Positions 29,235-39,750 of a stretch of DNA of 62,157 nt are shown in pieces. The notes under the pieces were generated by a model. That model did no database searches, was not told the DNA's origin, and saw only the letters and a program-made list of their open reading frames with translations. The position numbers were made by a program, and so were the translations under genes. The stretch lies in contig JAHQWJ010000012.1 of the NCBI GenBank assembly GCA_029856125.1, positions 1-62,157 of the forward strand, read 5' to 3'. The stretch comes from Promethearchaeia archaeon (GTDB taxonomy: Archaea; Asgardarchaeota; Lokiarchaeia; Sigyniarchaeales; SOKP01). Positions within the stretch are counted from its first letter, which is position 1; the number at the start of each line of letters is the position of its first letter.

Positions 29235-31046
29235 TTGTCAAGTAAAAAGCTGGTAGAGGTTAACATTCTGAATTTAGAGAGAAAGAATTACAAAAGTTAT
29301 AAATCTTGGCTCCTTCACCATCTTTTCAAAAATAAATTCTTGATTTTCTTTGTTATAATTGGCATTATAATTGTTACTTTTACAAGAACTCTCATACCAA
29401 TAATTATCGGTGAGATTGTAGATGATGCTCTGATTGCTCTTGATTACGATAAATTTATAACGCTCCTTATTATGGGGTTAGCAATTTATTCTATACGTAA
29501 TGTTATGGAATATGTAACGATGATGATCGGTCACTATTTAGGTTTGAAAACCGAGCAAAATATGAGACAAGAGTTTTTTGAGACCATCCAACATAAACCT
29601 TTAAGATATCATGATAACGCTAAAGCTGGGGATTTGCAAGCCCTCGCAACCAATGATGTACGAGTAATCAATGCGATGATTTCCCATGGAGCTTTTTTTT
29701 TTTATCCTTTCTTTCAAGTGGTAATGACTTTATTCCTACTGATTTTCACGTTTGATATTAGACTCGCTCTAGTATGTATTCCATTCGTGTTTTTTTACGT
29801 GTACTTTATTTTGTATTATCGCAGAAAAATTGCTCCATTTGCTGCTAAAAGGTTAAGAAAACATTCAGATTTAGCAATTGTATTACAAGACAGTATAACA
29901 GGTGCTTCTGTCGTCAGAGCTTTTGCAGCGGAAGGTTTAGAACGAAAAAAATTTAAGAAAGCAGTAGATGCTTTTAGAGATAACTCCATCGGAGAATACT
30001 TAGTGCAAGCAAAATATTTTCCTATGTTAGTTCTATACATAACTATCGGAATTTCACTTATTCTTGGCATTGTATTTGTATTTCAGAATTCGTTAACCAT
30101 TGGAGAACTAGCTGCTACGAATCTACTTTTGATAACTCTTATAGATCCAACTAATCTGATTTGGTGGGCTACTAATGATATGATGAGTGGGTTTGCGGCT
30201 TGTTCGCGCGTGTTTATAGCATTATCTAACGAAGATAACGAGGATCAAGGAATTGAGAATCAATTATGGCCTAAAGAGTTCAAAGGAAAAATAGAATTTA
30301 GAGATGTAACTTTTACTTATGAAAATGGAGAAAGAAATAGACCTCCTGTTCTGAAAAATCTCAATTTCACTATCGAACCGAACCAAAAAGTCGCTCTTGT
30401 TGGTCCTACAGGGTGTGGCAAAACAACGATCGCAAAATTGCTCCTCCTCCTTTATGAACCCCAACAAGGGACCATTTTATTAGATGGGAAAAACATTCAA
30501 GATTATCCCCTTGCAGAATTAAGAAAAAAAATTGGTTACATCGAACAAGACATCTACCTATTCTCGCGAACTATACTTGAAAATATTGCTTTTGGAAACC
30601 ATAATGCTAGCCAGGAAGAAATAATTAACATCGCAAAACTTGCTCAAGTTGATGATTTTGTCCAAAATTTCTCAAATGGATACAGTACTATTGTAGGTGA
30701 GAGAGGTACAAGGCTTTCAGGAGGAGAAAAACAGCGCGTGGCTATTGCTCGAGCTTTCTTAACTAATCCTGCCATGCTCATACTTGACGATTCTGTTTCT
30801 GCTATTGATAGTGAAACTGAAGAGAAGATTGGGCGAGCGATGGAAAATATAGTAAAGAACAGAACTACTCTAATAATAACTCATCGGCTTCATACCATAC
30901 GCACATCTGATAAAATTCTAGTTCTCAAGCACGGAAGAATTGTATCAGAAGGAAATCATTCAGAATTAATTCAGTCATCTGAAGATTACAGACGAATTTT
31001 TGGGAAACGAGTGTCTTTATCAGACTTTAACACGCAAAACACTTAA
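29235..31046 (+). CDS. Heterodimeric ABC exporter subunit (TMD+NBD, degenerate Walker B)
   Basis: 6 TM; GPTGCGKT; LSGGEKQR; LILDDS. Confidence 0.93.
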   Translation: MSSKKLVEVNILNLERKNYKSYKSWLLHHLFKNKFLIFFVIIGIIIVTFTRTLIPIIIGEIVDDALIALDYDKFITLLIMGLAIYSIRNVMEYVTMMIGHYLGLKTEQNMRQEFFETIQHKPLRYHDNAKAGDLQALATNDVRVINAMISHGAFFFYPFFQVVMTLFLLIFTFDIRLALVCIPFVFFYVYFILYYRRKIAPFAAKRLRKHSDLAIVLQDSITGASVVRAFAAEGLERKKFKKAVDAFRDNSIGEYLVQAKYFPMLVLYITIGISLILGIVFVFQNSLTIGELAATNLLLITLIDPTNLIWWATNDMMSGFAACSRVFIALSNEDNEDQGIENQLWPKEFKGKIEFRDVTFTYENGERNRPPVLKNLNFTIEPNQKVALVGPTGCGKTTIAKLLLLLYEPQQGTILLDGKNIQDYPLAELRKKIGYIEQDIYLFSRTILENIAFGNHNASQEEIINIAKLAQVDDFVQNFSNGYSTIVGERGTRLSGGEKQRVAIARAFLTNPAMLILDDSVSAIDSETEEKIGRAMENIVKNRTTLIITHRLHTIRTSDKILVLKHGRIVSEGNHSELIQSSEDYRRIFGKRVSLSDFNTQNT

Positions 31047-31058
31047 CGAGGTATCATT

Positions 31059-32879
31059 ATGGGGCTTTATGCAGGAATGATGGACGAGGGACAGAAACGA
31101 GAATATTCCGATCGTGAACTACTGGTCAGGTACATTAAGGGTGTTGCACCTTTTAGGAAAAGTATCGTTCTAATCTCATTGTTTATTTTCATTACTACGA
31201 TAGCTGAAACTGTAAATCCACTTTTAATTGGAATTGCAATAGACGAACTTTCTAATATTAATAGTAATCCTCTAATTGTATTGGCAGCAGGGGGGCTTTA
31301 TTTTATTCTTTCTATTCTACTCTGGATAATGTTTTTTTTACGACGCAAAGAAATAGGAAAATTTGTACCCTTTTTTTTGGAAAAGCTACGAATGAAGATT
31401 TTTGATAAATTACAAGAACAAGACATGAGCTTTTTCGATAAACATCTGAGCGGTAAACTAAATACCCGCGTTTCTAACGATGCATTAGATTTTGGAAATA
31501 CAACGCTCCTATTGGCGGAGACTCTCGGCAACCTTCTTATAAGTGTAATGACCTTTGCTGTGCTTCTATGGTTAAATCTAACATTAGCTCTCGTAACATT
31601 GATAGCTATTCCTTTCATCTTTTTATTAGTTTTATCTCTTAGACGGGTAGTTAAAATTGTTAGTAGAGCTTACAGAAAAGCAATTGGCAGTATAAATGCT
31701 GCAATGGTTGAATCAATTGAAGGTATACATGTAAGTAAAAGCTATGGACAAGAATCTACTGTTTCAAAGCAATTTGAAGAAACTAATAAGCAATATTTTA
31801 AAGCAGGTTTTCGAATAACCTCCGTAACTCATATGTGGAGGCCTCTGCTGGAAATAATTGCTTCCATTACACTCTTTGTCGTTATTTTCCTTGGAGGTCA
31901 ATTTGTATTTCAAGGTTTAACTAATCCTGGAACAATTTTTATGTTTATTCTCTATCTTCAGAAGTTTTTCCGCCCTATAATGGTCCTCTCCGTATTTTTC
32001 CCCCAGCTTAGCTCAGGAATGGCAGCTTATGAACGAATATTAGATGTTATTGATTCTGAGCCAAATGTAAAACAAAATCCAAACGCAATTGATATCGATA
32101 CATTGGAAGGAGAAATTATATTCAAAGATATCGATTTTTGCTATAGAGAAGGTGAATGGGTGTTTAATAGATTAAATCTATATATAAAAAAGGGTGAAAA
32201 ATTAGCTATTGTCGGTCACACAGGGGCTGGGAAAACTTCATTAGTATCACTTTTAGCTCGTTATTATGAGTTTCAAGGAGGATCAATTGAAATTGATGGA
32301 ATCAACATTAGGGATATGACTTTAAACTCTTATAGAAGAAATTTAGGCAATGTACAGCAAGATGTTTTTTTGTTTTCAGGTACTATAGAAGAAAATATTC
32401 GATATGGTAGACAAGACGCGTCAGAAGAAGATCTCCAGAATGTAATTAAATCTGTGCACCTCGAAGAACTAATCGAATACTTACCAGAAGGGCTGCAAAC
32501 ACAGATTGGTGAGAGGGGAAAAGGACTGTCGGCAGGACAACAGCAACTAGTAAGTTTTGCTAGAGCAATATTGACTGACCCTCGGATTCTTATACTTGAC
32601 GAAGCCACATCGAGCGTTGATGCGTATACTGAAGCAATTATTCAAGAGGCTTTAGAAGAGCTTTTATCTAATCGAACCTCTATTATAATTGCTCATAGAC
32701 TCTCAACTATCGTGAATGCCGATCGGATAATCGTGATGGATAGTGGGCAAATCGTTGAAGAGGGTACTCATAATTCTTTGCTCACACAAGGAGGAAAATA
32801 TGCCACGCTCTATAAGCAATATTTTGAGCATCAAAGCCTAGACTGGGAGCACCATCGTGAGTCTCTTAAAGTTGAATGA
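31059..32879 (+). CDS. Heterodimeric ABC exporter subunit (TMD+NBD)
   Basis: 6 TM; GHTGAGKT; LSAGQQQ; LILDEATS; IAHRL. Confidence 0.93.
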   Translation: MGLYAGMMDEGQKREYSDRELLVRYIKGVAPFRKSIVLISLFIFITTIAETVNPLLIGIAIDELSNINSNPLIVLAAGGLYFILSILLWIMFFLRRKEIGKFVPFFLEKLRMKIFDKLQEQDMSFFDKHLSGKLNTRVSNDALDFGNTTLLLAETLGNLLISVMTFAVLLWLNLTLALVTLIAIPFIFLLVLSLRRVVKIVSRAYRKAIGSINAAMVESIEGIHVSKSYGQESTVSKQFEETNKQYFKAGFRITSVTHMWRPLLEIIASITLFVVIFLGGQFVFQGLTNPGTIFMFILYLQKFFRPIMVLSVFFPQLSSGMAAYERILDVIDSEPNVKQNPNAIDIDTLEGEIIFKDIDFCYREGEWVFNRLNLYIKKGEKLAIVGHTGAGKTSLVSLLARYYEFQGGSIEIDGINIRDMTLNSYRRNLGNVQQDVFLFSGTIEENIRYGRQDASEEDLQNVIKSVHLEELIEYLPEGLQTQIGERGKGLSAGQQQLVSFARAILTDPRILILDEATSSVDAYTEAIIQEALEELLSNRTSIIIAHRLSTIVNADRIIVMDSGQIVEEGTHNSLLTQGGKYATLYKQYFEHQSLDWEHHRESLKVE

Positions 32880-32899
32880 TTAAAAATTAATTGAGTATT

Positions 32900-34939
32900 T
32901 TAAAAAGAAATCTGTGTAGTGAGTAAATCTTCATTTTTTGAAGAAGATCCAATGTAAATAGTATATTGGATACTCTCGATTTCCCATACTCTATTCTCAG
33001 GATTATACCATGCAAAATCTTTTTTCCTCACATCAATTGAGACAGTTTTTGTTTCGCTCAGATTTAAATCGACTTTCTTAAATCCACGCAACAGTTTTAA
33101 GGGACGATCAACGCTAGAATTCTCAAAACCTACATACAATTGTACAATCTCTTCACCAGCAACAGCTCCAATATTCGAAACATCTACACTAACAATAATT
33201 TTCTCTTCGACTGATTCTACTTGGATATTATTATAAGAATATTCAGTGTAACTCAAACCAAATCCAAAAGGGAATGCGGGTTCAATATTTTCTTTTTCCA
33301 TCAAAGTATATCCGTGATAGTAACCGTATTCAATGTCATCAATATCTATCTCGAAATAAGGTAATTGGGCTGGATCTTTAGGAATTGTAAGTGGTAATTT
33401 TCCACTTGGATTAACTTTACCGAAAATAATATTTGCTAACGCGTTCCCTCCTTCCATTCCAGAATACCAAGCCATTAGTATTGAAGGAACTTTTTCTTTC
33501 CACTCTTCCATAAGGATCGCACTTCCTCCAACCAGGACAACTACGCATTTTTCGTTTACTTTTGCGATAGCCTCGATTAATTTAATGTCATCCTCCTTTA
33601 ATCCGAGGTTAGGACGGTCTCCTAATCCCTTTGAAATGTGAGGGATATATTCTCCCTCATCTTTATACGTATATCCAACAATTATTACAACAGAATCCAC
33701 ACTTTGGGCAATTTTTTGTGCTACATCAATATCATTACCATCGTTATGGATTATGTTTATTTTATTCCCAACACTATTTTTTATTCCTTGCAAGGGAGTG
33801 ATGATATTTTTCTGGCGAACATAGCTACTTCCATGATCCCCCGTATTTTTCGCATCAGATAAAGGTCCTAACACTGCTAAAGAATCCATCTCATCAGCAT
33901 TGAATGGTAAAAGTTTGTCTTGATTTTTGAGTAGGACCATGCTCTTTTCAGCAACTTCACGAGCTAAGGAAACATGATCATCGCAACCGATTAAGTCTGA
34001 GTCATAATTTTGGGTATCTTCTTTTGTGGTAAACTTTAATGTCGTACGAAGTATTCTTCTTATAGAATCGTCGACGAGATTTAGAGGAACTTTTCCTAAC
34101 TTTACTGCTTTTTCTAACTTTTTTCCATAATATTTAGCTCGGGGCATTTCAACATCTAAACCTCCCGAGATGCCCTTAATAGTGTCTCTAAGACCGTTCA
34201 TCCAATCTGAATGGACAAAACCATCAAATCCCCATTCGCCCTTTAATATATCTCTTAATAAATATGAGTTATGACCACAATATTCACCGCGCACTTTGTT
34301 ATAAGCTGACATAACAGTTGCACACCCATCTTCAATACACCGTTTAAAATGAGGCAAATAAACCTCTCTCAATGTCCTTTCACTTATCTGGACATTGACT
34401 TTAAAACGCGAATATTCCATGCTGTTAGCGACATAATGTTTAGCAGTAGCCATTACATTATGTTTTTGGACTCCACGAATTATTGCCGCTCCAAATTCGC
34501 CAATGTGAAATGGGTCTTCTCCGAATGTTTCTTGAGATCTTCCCCAAGCGGGATGGCGTAAAAGGTTAATGCAAACACCTCCAAAAAGATTAGCTCCCTG
34601 AGCACGGGCTTCCTTCCCAATAACTTCACCTAATTTTTCTTCAAGTATTATGTCCCATGATGCACCTCGAGCCATCGCTACTGGAAAACAAGTAGATCCT
34701 GGCATACTTACTCCCTTTGGTCCATCAGTAAATAAAAATGGAGGAATATTTAAACGTTTAACGCCTCCACCGGGATAAGCGCGCACTCCAAACTTATGAT
34801 CTTTTAATAAAAGCAAGAAAAAATTGTTTCCTGACATGCATGCAACTTTTTCTTTTAATGTCATCATATCTAATGCTTCATTAACAACTATATTAATTTC
34901 TTCTTCCGTCATTCCTTTTCTAATATTAAAATTATTCAT
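32900..34939 (-). CDS. Glycoside hydrolase family 3 beta-glucosidase with FnIII-like domain
   Basis: TDGPKG, WGRSQETFGEDP, KHY, VMSAYN, nucleophile HSDW, PFGFGLSYT. Confidence 0.93.
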   Translation of the reverse strand: MNNFNIRKGMTEEEINIVVNEALDMMTLKEKVACMSGNNFFLLLLKDHKFGVRAYPGGGVKRLNIPPFLFTDGPKGVSMPGSTCFPVAMARGASWDIILEEKLGEVIGKEARAQGANLFGGVCINLLRHPAWGRSQETFGEDPFHIGEFGAAIIRGVQKHNVMATAKHYVANSMEYSRFKVNVQISERTLREVYLPHFKRCIEDGCATVMSAYNKVRGEYCGHNSYLLRDILKGEWGFDGFVHSDWMNGLRDTIKGISGGLDVEMPRAKYYGKKLEKAVKLGKVPLNLVDDSIRRILRTTLKFTTKEDTQNYDSDLIGCDDHVSLAREVAEKSMVLLKNQDKLLPFNADEMDSLAVLGPLSDAKNTGDHGSSYVRQKNIITPLQGIKNSVGNKINIIHNDGNDIDVAQKIAQSVDSVVIIVGYTYKDEGEYIPHISKGLGDRPNLGLKEDDIKLIEAIAKVNEKCVVVLVGGSAILMEEWKEKVPSILMAWYSGMEGGNALANIIFGKVNPSGKLPLTIPKDPAQLPYFEIDIDDIEYGYYHGYTLMEKENIEPAFPFGFGLSYTEYSYNNIQVESVEEKIIVSVDVSNIGAVAGEEIVQLYVGFENSSVDRPLKLLRGFKKVDLNLSETKTVSIDVRKKDFAWYNPENRVWEIESIQYTIYIGSSSKNEDLLTTQISF

Positions 34940-35009
34940 AAAATCTCCCCTAATATTTCAAATGGTTATAACTTTGATATTTAATATAAAGAATTATTAT
35001 TTTAATAAC

Positions 35010-36464
35010 TCAATAGAAGAATTTCCATTCATTTCTGTCCAAATTATCGATTAAGTTTAGAACTAATTTTGCTAAATCAGCATCTTTCTTCGTTAACTCC
35101 TTCAATTCTAACATCAGGTTTTCTTCTCCGAACTTAAGAATAGAAAAAACAGCAAGTTTTTTTAGATTTTTATCCTCTAAACTCTGGAGATTTTCTAAGC
35201 AAATTTTTACAAGTTCTTCGACCTGTAAATCTATAATTAGCTTGAGGATCATCTCTTTCTTTTTTAAAAGAGCATTTTTTTCATCAGAAGTTTTTGCTGT
35301 AGTAAGTTTTAGAATTTTTATGAATTCATTTTTAACATCTTGCCATTGTTCAAGCATTTCTGGGTTATCATTGAGAGACTCCCGAATAAATTCCAATGAC
35401 CATTTATCCCCCTCATTTAATAAGTTCACGATCAAATCTTGATCGATGAGATTTGACTTCTGCATGTCATTAATGAGACTCACATCGACAATCTGAAAAT
35501 TTCTTACATTTTCAATGATTATCTTTTCCCAATTCTCAATTTTATCTTTTAGTACCAAAATTGCCTTTAGAATTTCTGATATGAAATTGGGATTTTTGCT
35601 TTCCTCCAATTTTCCCAAGATAATTGATAGGAACTTATCATTATTATAATATTTCTTCGCAATGAGATATAATGAACCGTATGGATATTTTAAAGAATTC
35701 ACAAATTCGAGAGTTTCTTCCTCAAGTGATAGTTCTAATATCGCACCAACCCTGAAAATGTTCTCTTGAAGTGATTTTACATTTTTTAAGAATTCTTGTT
35801 CTGTAATTTTGTCTTCATTTATTTGAACTAGGTAAGATTTAAAGAGGCTTGTAATTTCATTTAATTTGGTAACATCTCCTTCTTGAGAAAGGTTTTCGAA
35901 TGATTTAACCATCTGATTTTTGAGATGAAAGTCCCTTATGCCTGTGTTATTAGCGAGTCTTAATATTAACGATTCTACATTTTGGGCAGCCGTTTTAGAA
36001 ACCACATTTTCAATCAGATCAGAAACCACATTGTCTGTCACTTTATCAAAAGATAAACAATACTCAAAAGCCGGTTTGAAGCTTAATGATTTGTTTAAAT
36101 CACATATCCTCCTAATGTGGTGTTCACGTAGAGAAGTTCGAAGTTCACCTAAATCGCCAAAATAGCTAATCTCTCTATAATCGTTTAAAACTTTTAATAT
36201 GGTCTCTTGAATTCTTTCTATTCTCTCCTCTTCATAAACAGAAGTTTCATCCAAAATATGATGTAATCCTAGAAAACTCCACGCTCTCAATATGACTTCA
36301 TTAGTATCAAAAAGCTCAAACAAGAGATTGAAATCTTTTCTATTAACTAAAGGCTTGAATATGCTTTTATAGGTAGATGTTAAATTAGCTTTTGGACTTT
36401 GTTCTACTGGTGCATATCCCTTTCTCAATTTATCAATGATTTTTTGCGTGAATGAACTACTCAT
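35010..36464 (-). CDS. Hypothetical alpha-helical (HEAT-like) protein
   Basis: 484-aa Leu/Glu/Lys-rich helical ORF; NEVILRAWSFLGL HEAT-like unit. Confidence 0.65.
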   Translation of the reverse strand: MSSSFTQKIIDKLRKGYAPVEQSPKANLTSTYKSIFKPLVNRKDFNLLFELFDTNEVILRAWSFLGLHHILDETSVYEEERIERIQETILKVLNDYREISYFGDLGELRTSLREHHIRRICDLNKSLSFKPAFEYCLSFDKVTDNVVSDLIENVVSKTAAQNVESLILRLANNTGIRDFHLKNQMVKSFENLSQEGDVTKLNEITSLFKSYLVQINEDKITEQEFLKNVKSLQENIFRVGAILELSLEEETLEFVNSLKYPYGSLYLIAKKYYNNDKFLSIILGKLEESKNPNFISEILKAILVLKDKIENWEKIIIENVRNFQIVDVSLINDMQKSNLIDQDLIVNLLNEGDKWSLEFIRESLNDNPEMLEQWQDVKNEFIKILKLTTAKTSDEKNALLKKKEMILKLIIDLQVEELVKICLENLQSLEDKNLKKLAVFSILKFGEENLMLELKELTKKDADLAKLVLNLIDNLDRNEWKFFY

Positions 36465-36549
36465 ATTTGGTATTCACATTTATTTTTCAATTTTTCAATA
36501 AAATTCCCTCTCAAAGAAAATAGCGAATTTTTATTATATATTATGATTT

Positions 36550-37842
36550 TTGACTAAATACCTCTGTTTTAAATATAAAGTATTGATAAAAATGTTTGAT
36601 AATAATTACATGTATAAATTTATTGAAGATATCTGCAATGACATTGGTCCTCGAGAATCAGGAACAGAGCAGGAAATATTGGCTGGCAACAGAGTAGAAT
36701 CAGAATTGAAAAAGTTTTGCGATGAAACACACCAAGAGTCATACATCAGCAGTCCTCATGCTTTTTTGGGAGGAATAAGATACGGTGCACTAATAGTATT
36801 TATAGCTGGGGTCTTTTTTTGGGTATCGTTGTTAGGTGATCTTAGCATCATAAATCTAAATCCCATTTTTGATGTGCTTTTCCTAATTTTAGCAGTTATT
36901 CTAATCGGAGTTACGATTAGCTATTTTATTCTAGAAGTTATGAAATACCATGAAACCTTTGATTTTCTCTTTCCTAAACGTTCTTCAAATAACATAATTG
37001 GAACTATCAATCCAAAAAATGAAGTGAAAAACACTGTAATCTTCTCTGCACATCACGATTCAGCCTTTGAGTTTAATACATTTTACTATTTGAAGCGATT
37101 TGGACAAATTATAATAAATATAGGATATTTGGGGGTTGCAATAATTTTTGTTGCTATATTGTTGAAGTTGATCTTCTTCTTTTTATCGATTGAACAACCT
37201 ATTCTATTCTTGATCTTTGGTATTATCTTTATATTTTTCATACCTATCATTTTAGTTTATATCTTTTTCCATAGCTATAAACCTGTTCTGGGTGCATTCG
37301 ATAACCTTTCTGGAGTTGCTGTGCTATTAGGAATCGCAAAATTCTTGTCAGAGAATAAAAATAATAACGAGATCTTCCCAAAATACACCAGAGTTCATTT
37401 AATTTCTTTCGCAGGTGAAGAATCCGGCTTAAGAGGCGCTAAACGATATGTAGAAGCACACTATAACGAATTGGTATCAAATCAAACTACAATTGTTAAT
37501 ATGGATAGTATAGCTAAAAAAGATTTTATCGTAATTCATAATAAAGAATCCGGAATAGGTGCTAGGCACGATCCACTTGTATTTGAACCTCTCTTAGATA
37601 TAGCTGAGAACTTGAATCTTAATCCGAAAATATTAGCGCTCCCATTTGGTGCAACTGATGGAGCAGTCTTTAGCTTAAAGAATATTCCGGCTGCCTCAAT
37701 AGGTGGTTTGAATTTAAAAGAAGAGCTACCACCTTACTATCATACTAGAAACGATACCCCTGCTGTAATTGAAAAAGAAGCTTTAGGTCAATTTGTCCAA
37801 ATTTGCGTAGAGTATCTAAAATTCATAGACAACAAAAGCTAA
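36550..37842 (+). CDS. Membrane-embedded M28 family metallopeptidase (true start probably a later ATG)
   Basis: SAHHDS, GAFDNLSG, GEESGLRG, NMD, YYHTRND; TM hairpins inserted in the catalytic domain. Confidence 0.85.
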   Translation: MTKYLCFKYKVLIKMFDNNYMYKFIEDICNDIGPRESGTEQEILAGNRVESELKKFCDETHQESYISSPHAFLGGIRYGALIVFIAGVFFWVSLLGDLSIINLNPIFDVLFLILAVILIGVTISYFILEVMKYHETFDFLFPKRSSNNIIGTINPKNEVKNTVIFSAHHDSAFEFNTFYYLKRFGQIIINIGYLGVAIIFVAILLKLIFFFLSIEQPILFLIFGIIFIFFIPIILVYIFFHSYKPVLGAFDNLSGVAVLLGIAKFLSENKNNNEIFPKYTRVHLISFAGEESGLRGAKRYVEAHYNELVSNQTTIVNMDSIAKKDFIVIHNKESGIGARHDPLVFEPLLDIAENLNLNPKILALPFGATDGAVFSLKNIPAASIGGLNLKEELPPYYHTRNDTPAVIEKEALGQFVQICVEYLKFIDNKS

Positions 37843-37882
37843 ATCATTTTTTATTTCATTGCTTCTACTTTATTTTTTCTTT

Positions 37883-38281
37883 TTAATAGAGGAAAATTAT
37901 TTTACGAATATAATCTTCCATTTTTTCTAAGATCACATTAAAATTAGATTCGTAATTTAAATCAAAGACTAAGAAAGTTTTCTCGTCACATTCAGTAATA
38001 GCAATAGTCTGAGTTCCTAATTCTACGATTATTTTAGCTGCTTTTCTATCTCCCATTGTACGGCCTAGACTTATAGCACCTTCTAAGACCGATGCGCACA
38101 TGGATGTGAAGTTATCAAAATCAATTTCTTCTTTAAAATTTTCCGCAATAAGACCTCCGTCGCGGTATGCGAATAATACACCTAATAAGTTTCCAGTATC
38201 TTTAATTAAGTCGATAATTTGAGTTAATTTTTTAACTTTTTCAGTTTTTGGAAGTTCTAACTCATCCATGTTTAACTTCAT
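37883..38281 (-). CDS. Roadblock/LC7 domain protein
   Basis: GVLFAYRDGGLIAEN, FTSMCASVL helix, roadblock topology. Confidence 0.8.
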   Translation of the reverse strand: MKLNMDELELPKTEKVKKLTQIIDLIKDTGNLLGVLFAYRDGGLIAENFKEEIDFDNFTSMCASVLEGAISLGRTMGDRKAAKIIVELGTQTIAITECDEKTFLVFDLNYESNFNVILEKMEDYIRKIIFLY

Positions 38282-38309
38282 TCTCCGTTTTCGATAGATA
38301 ATTTAATTA

Positions 38310-39749
38310 ATGAAACTTAAAATTTTAATATATATGAATGAAGAAAGCTTTTCTAGCGGTAAAAATGATTTAAAAGAATTAATCCGTAGTACCAATGACA
38401 CATTTATTAAAGATGATTTAATCAGTTTTTTAAAAATTCCAAGTTATACTACAAATACAGAAGCAATTAGAGAAGCTAAAGATTTTATCACCTCTTATAT
38501 TTCTAATTTTTGCGAAAAAATAGTAGAAATCGAAGGGGAAATGAATCCATTACTGTTAGCTGAAGTCGATGGAGATATCAAAGATAAATTATTAATCTAC
38601 ATGATGTACGATACTCAACCTGTGAATAAAGAGAAAGAATGGATTAAAAATCCTTTTGGAGCGGAAATTACTGATTTACCGAAGCCTTTAGATAAACTAG
38701 GCAAGGTTATTATTGCTAGGGGTGCATACAATTCAAAAACTCCTTTATTATGTTTTTTAAATGTGGTGAAACTTTTAAAAGAAGAAGAAAAGCTTCCAAT
38801 ATCATTATTGTTTTTAATAGACGGGGAAGAAGAATTAGGTTCACCTACACTATTAAACACTCTTAAAATAAAAAAGAATATGTTTAATGCGTGCACAGAC
38901 GCATACTACCCTTCCATAAAACAAGATTTAAACAAAATTTCGGTTTTAAAGCTTGGTTATAAAGGTATTTTATCTTTATCTATTAAAGTTTCATCAGCCA
39001 ACTCAGAATCCCATTCTGCTTTTAGTTCGATGATCCCTAATCCTGCCCAAGATTTGATATTCGTACTTAATAGTATTTATTCTGAAAAGAAGTTTAAAAT
39101 TGATTCACTCAGCGTTCCTTACAAGATGACCGAAAAAGAGAATGTAATTATTGAGGATTTAATGGAAAGTATTGATTTAAGAATAATAAAAGAAAAAGCA
39201 GGAATTAAACAAACTCTTATACATGATCCTAAGGTGAATTTTATTGATTACTTGTTCAATCCAACTTTCAATATCTCTACTTTAAAATCTGGTTATTTGG
39301 AAAATGGAGTGAAGAATATGGTAGCTAACAAGGCAGAGTGTAATATTGACATTAGATTTGCTCACGATGTGTCAGTAAATTTGATTTTTGAAGAAATTAA
39401 AAAGAAAGTTAATGATTTAACGAGAAATTCAAAATCTAACTTTGAAATTGTTCTAAACATGGGCTATGACCGATCAAAAGTTAGAGAAAATTCAATTTTA
39501 GTAAAAAGTCTTGTAGATAGTTTTAAAGAGCTCGGATTTACGACCCAACTTTGGCCGATTAGCGCTGCGGCAGCTCCACTAAGTCAGATACAAAGCTATT
39601 TGGGATTGAACTTCATTGTTGGTGGTTTAGGTATTGGAGGATATGCACACGCTCCAAACGAATTCGTTCAAATAAATTCGATTCAAAATACAAGACTTTC
39701 AAATTATTTATTTCTAAAAAATTATGTTGATCTATATAGTGAGACGTAA
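38310..39749 (+). CDS. M20/M25/M40 family metallo-hydrolase with variant metal ligands
   Basis: YMMYDTQP, ARGAYNSK, DGEEELGS, HAPNE, dimerisation domain. Confidence 0.85.
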   Translation: MKLKILIYMNEESFSSGKNDLKELIRSTNDTFIKDDLISFLKIPSYTTNTEAIREAKDFITSYISNFCEKIVEIEGEMNPLLLAEVDGDIKDKLLIYMMYDTQPVNKEKEWIKNPFGAEITDLPKPLDKLGKVIIARGAYNSKTPLLCFLNVVKLLKEEEKLPISLLFLIDGEEELGSPTLLNTLKIKKNMFNACTDAYYPSIKQDLNKISVLKLGYKGILSLSIKVSSANSESHSAFSSMIPNPAQDLIFVLNSIYSEKKFKIDSLSVPYKMTEKENVIIEDLMESIDLRIIKEKAGIKQTLIHDPKVNFIDYLFNPTFNISTLKSGYLENGVKNMVANKAECNIDIRFAHDVSVNLIFEEIKKKVNDLTRNSKSNFEIVLNMGYDRSKVRENSILVKSLVDSFKELGFTTQLWPISAAAAPLSQIQSYLGLNFIVGGLGIGGYAHAPNEFVQINSIQNTRLSNYLFLKNYVDLYSET

Positions 39750-39750
39750 T

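Noticed and set aside
29235-32879. Degenerate Walker B (DD) and signature (LSAGQ) in the ABC pair
   Set aside because: Normal asymmetry of heterodimeric ABC exporters
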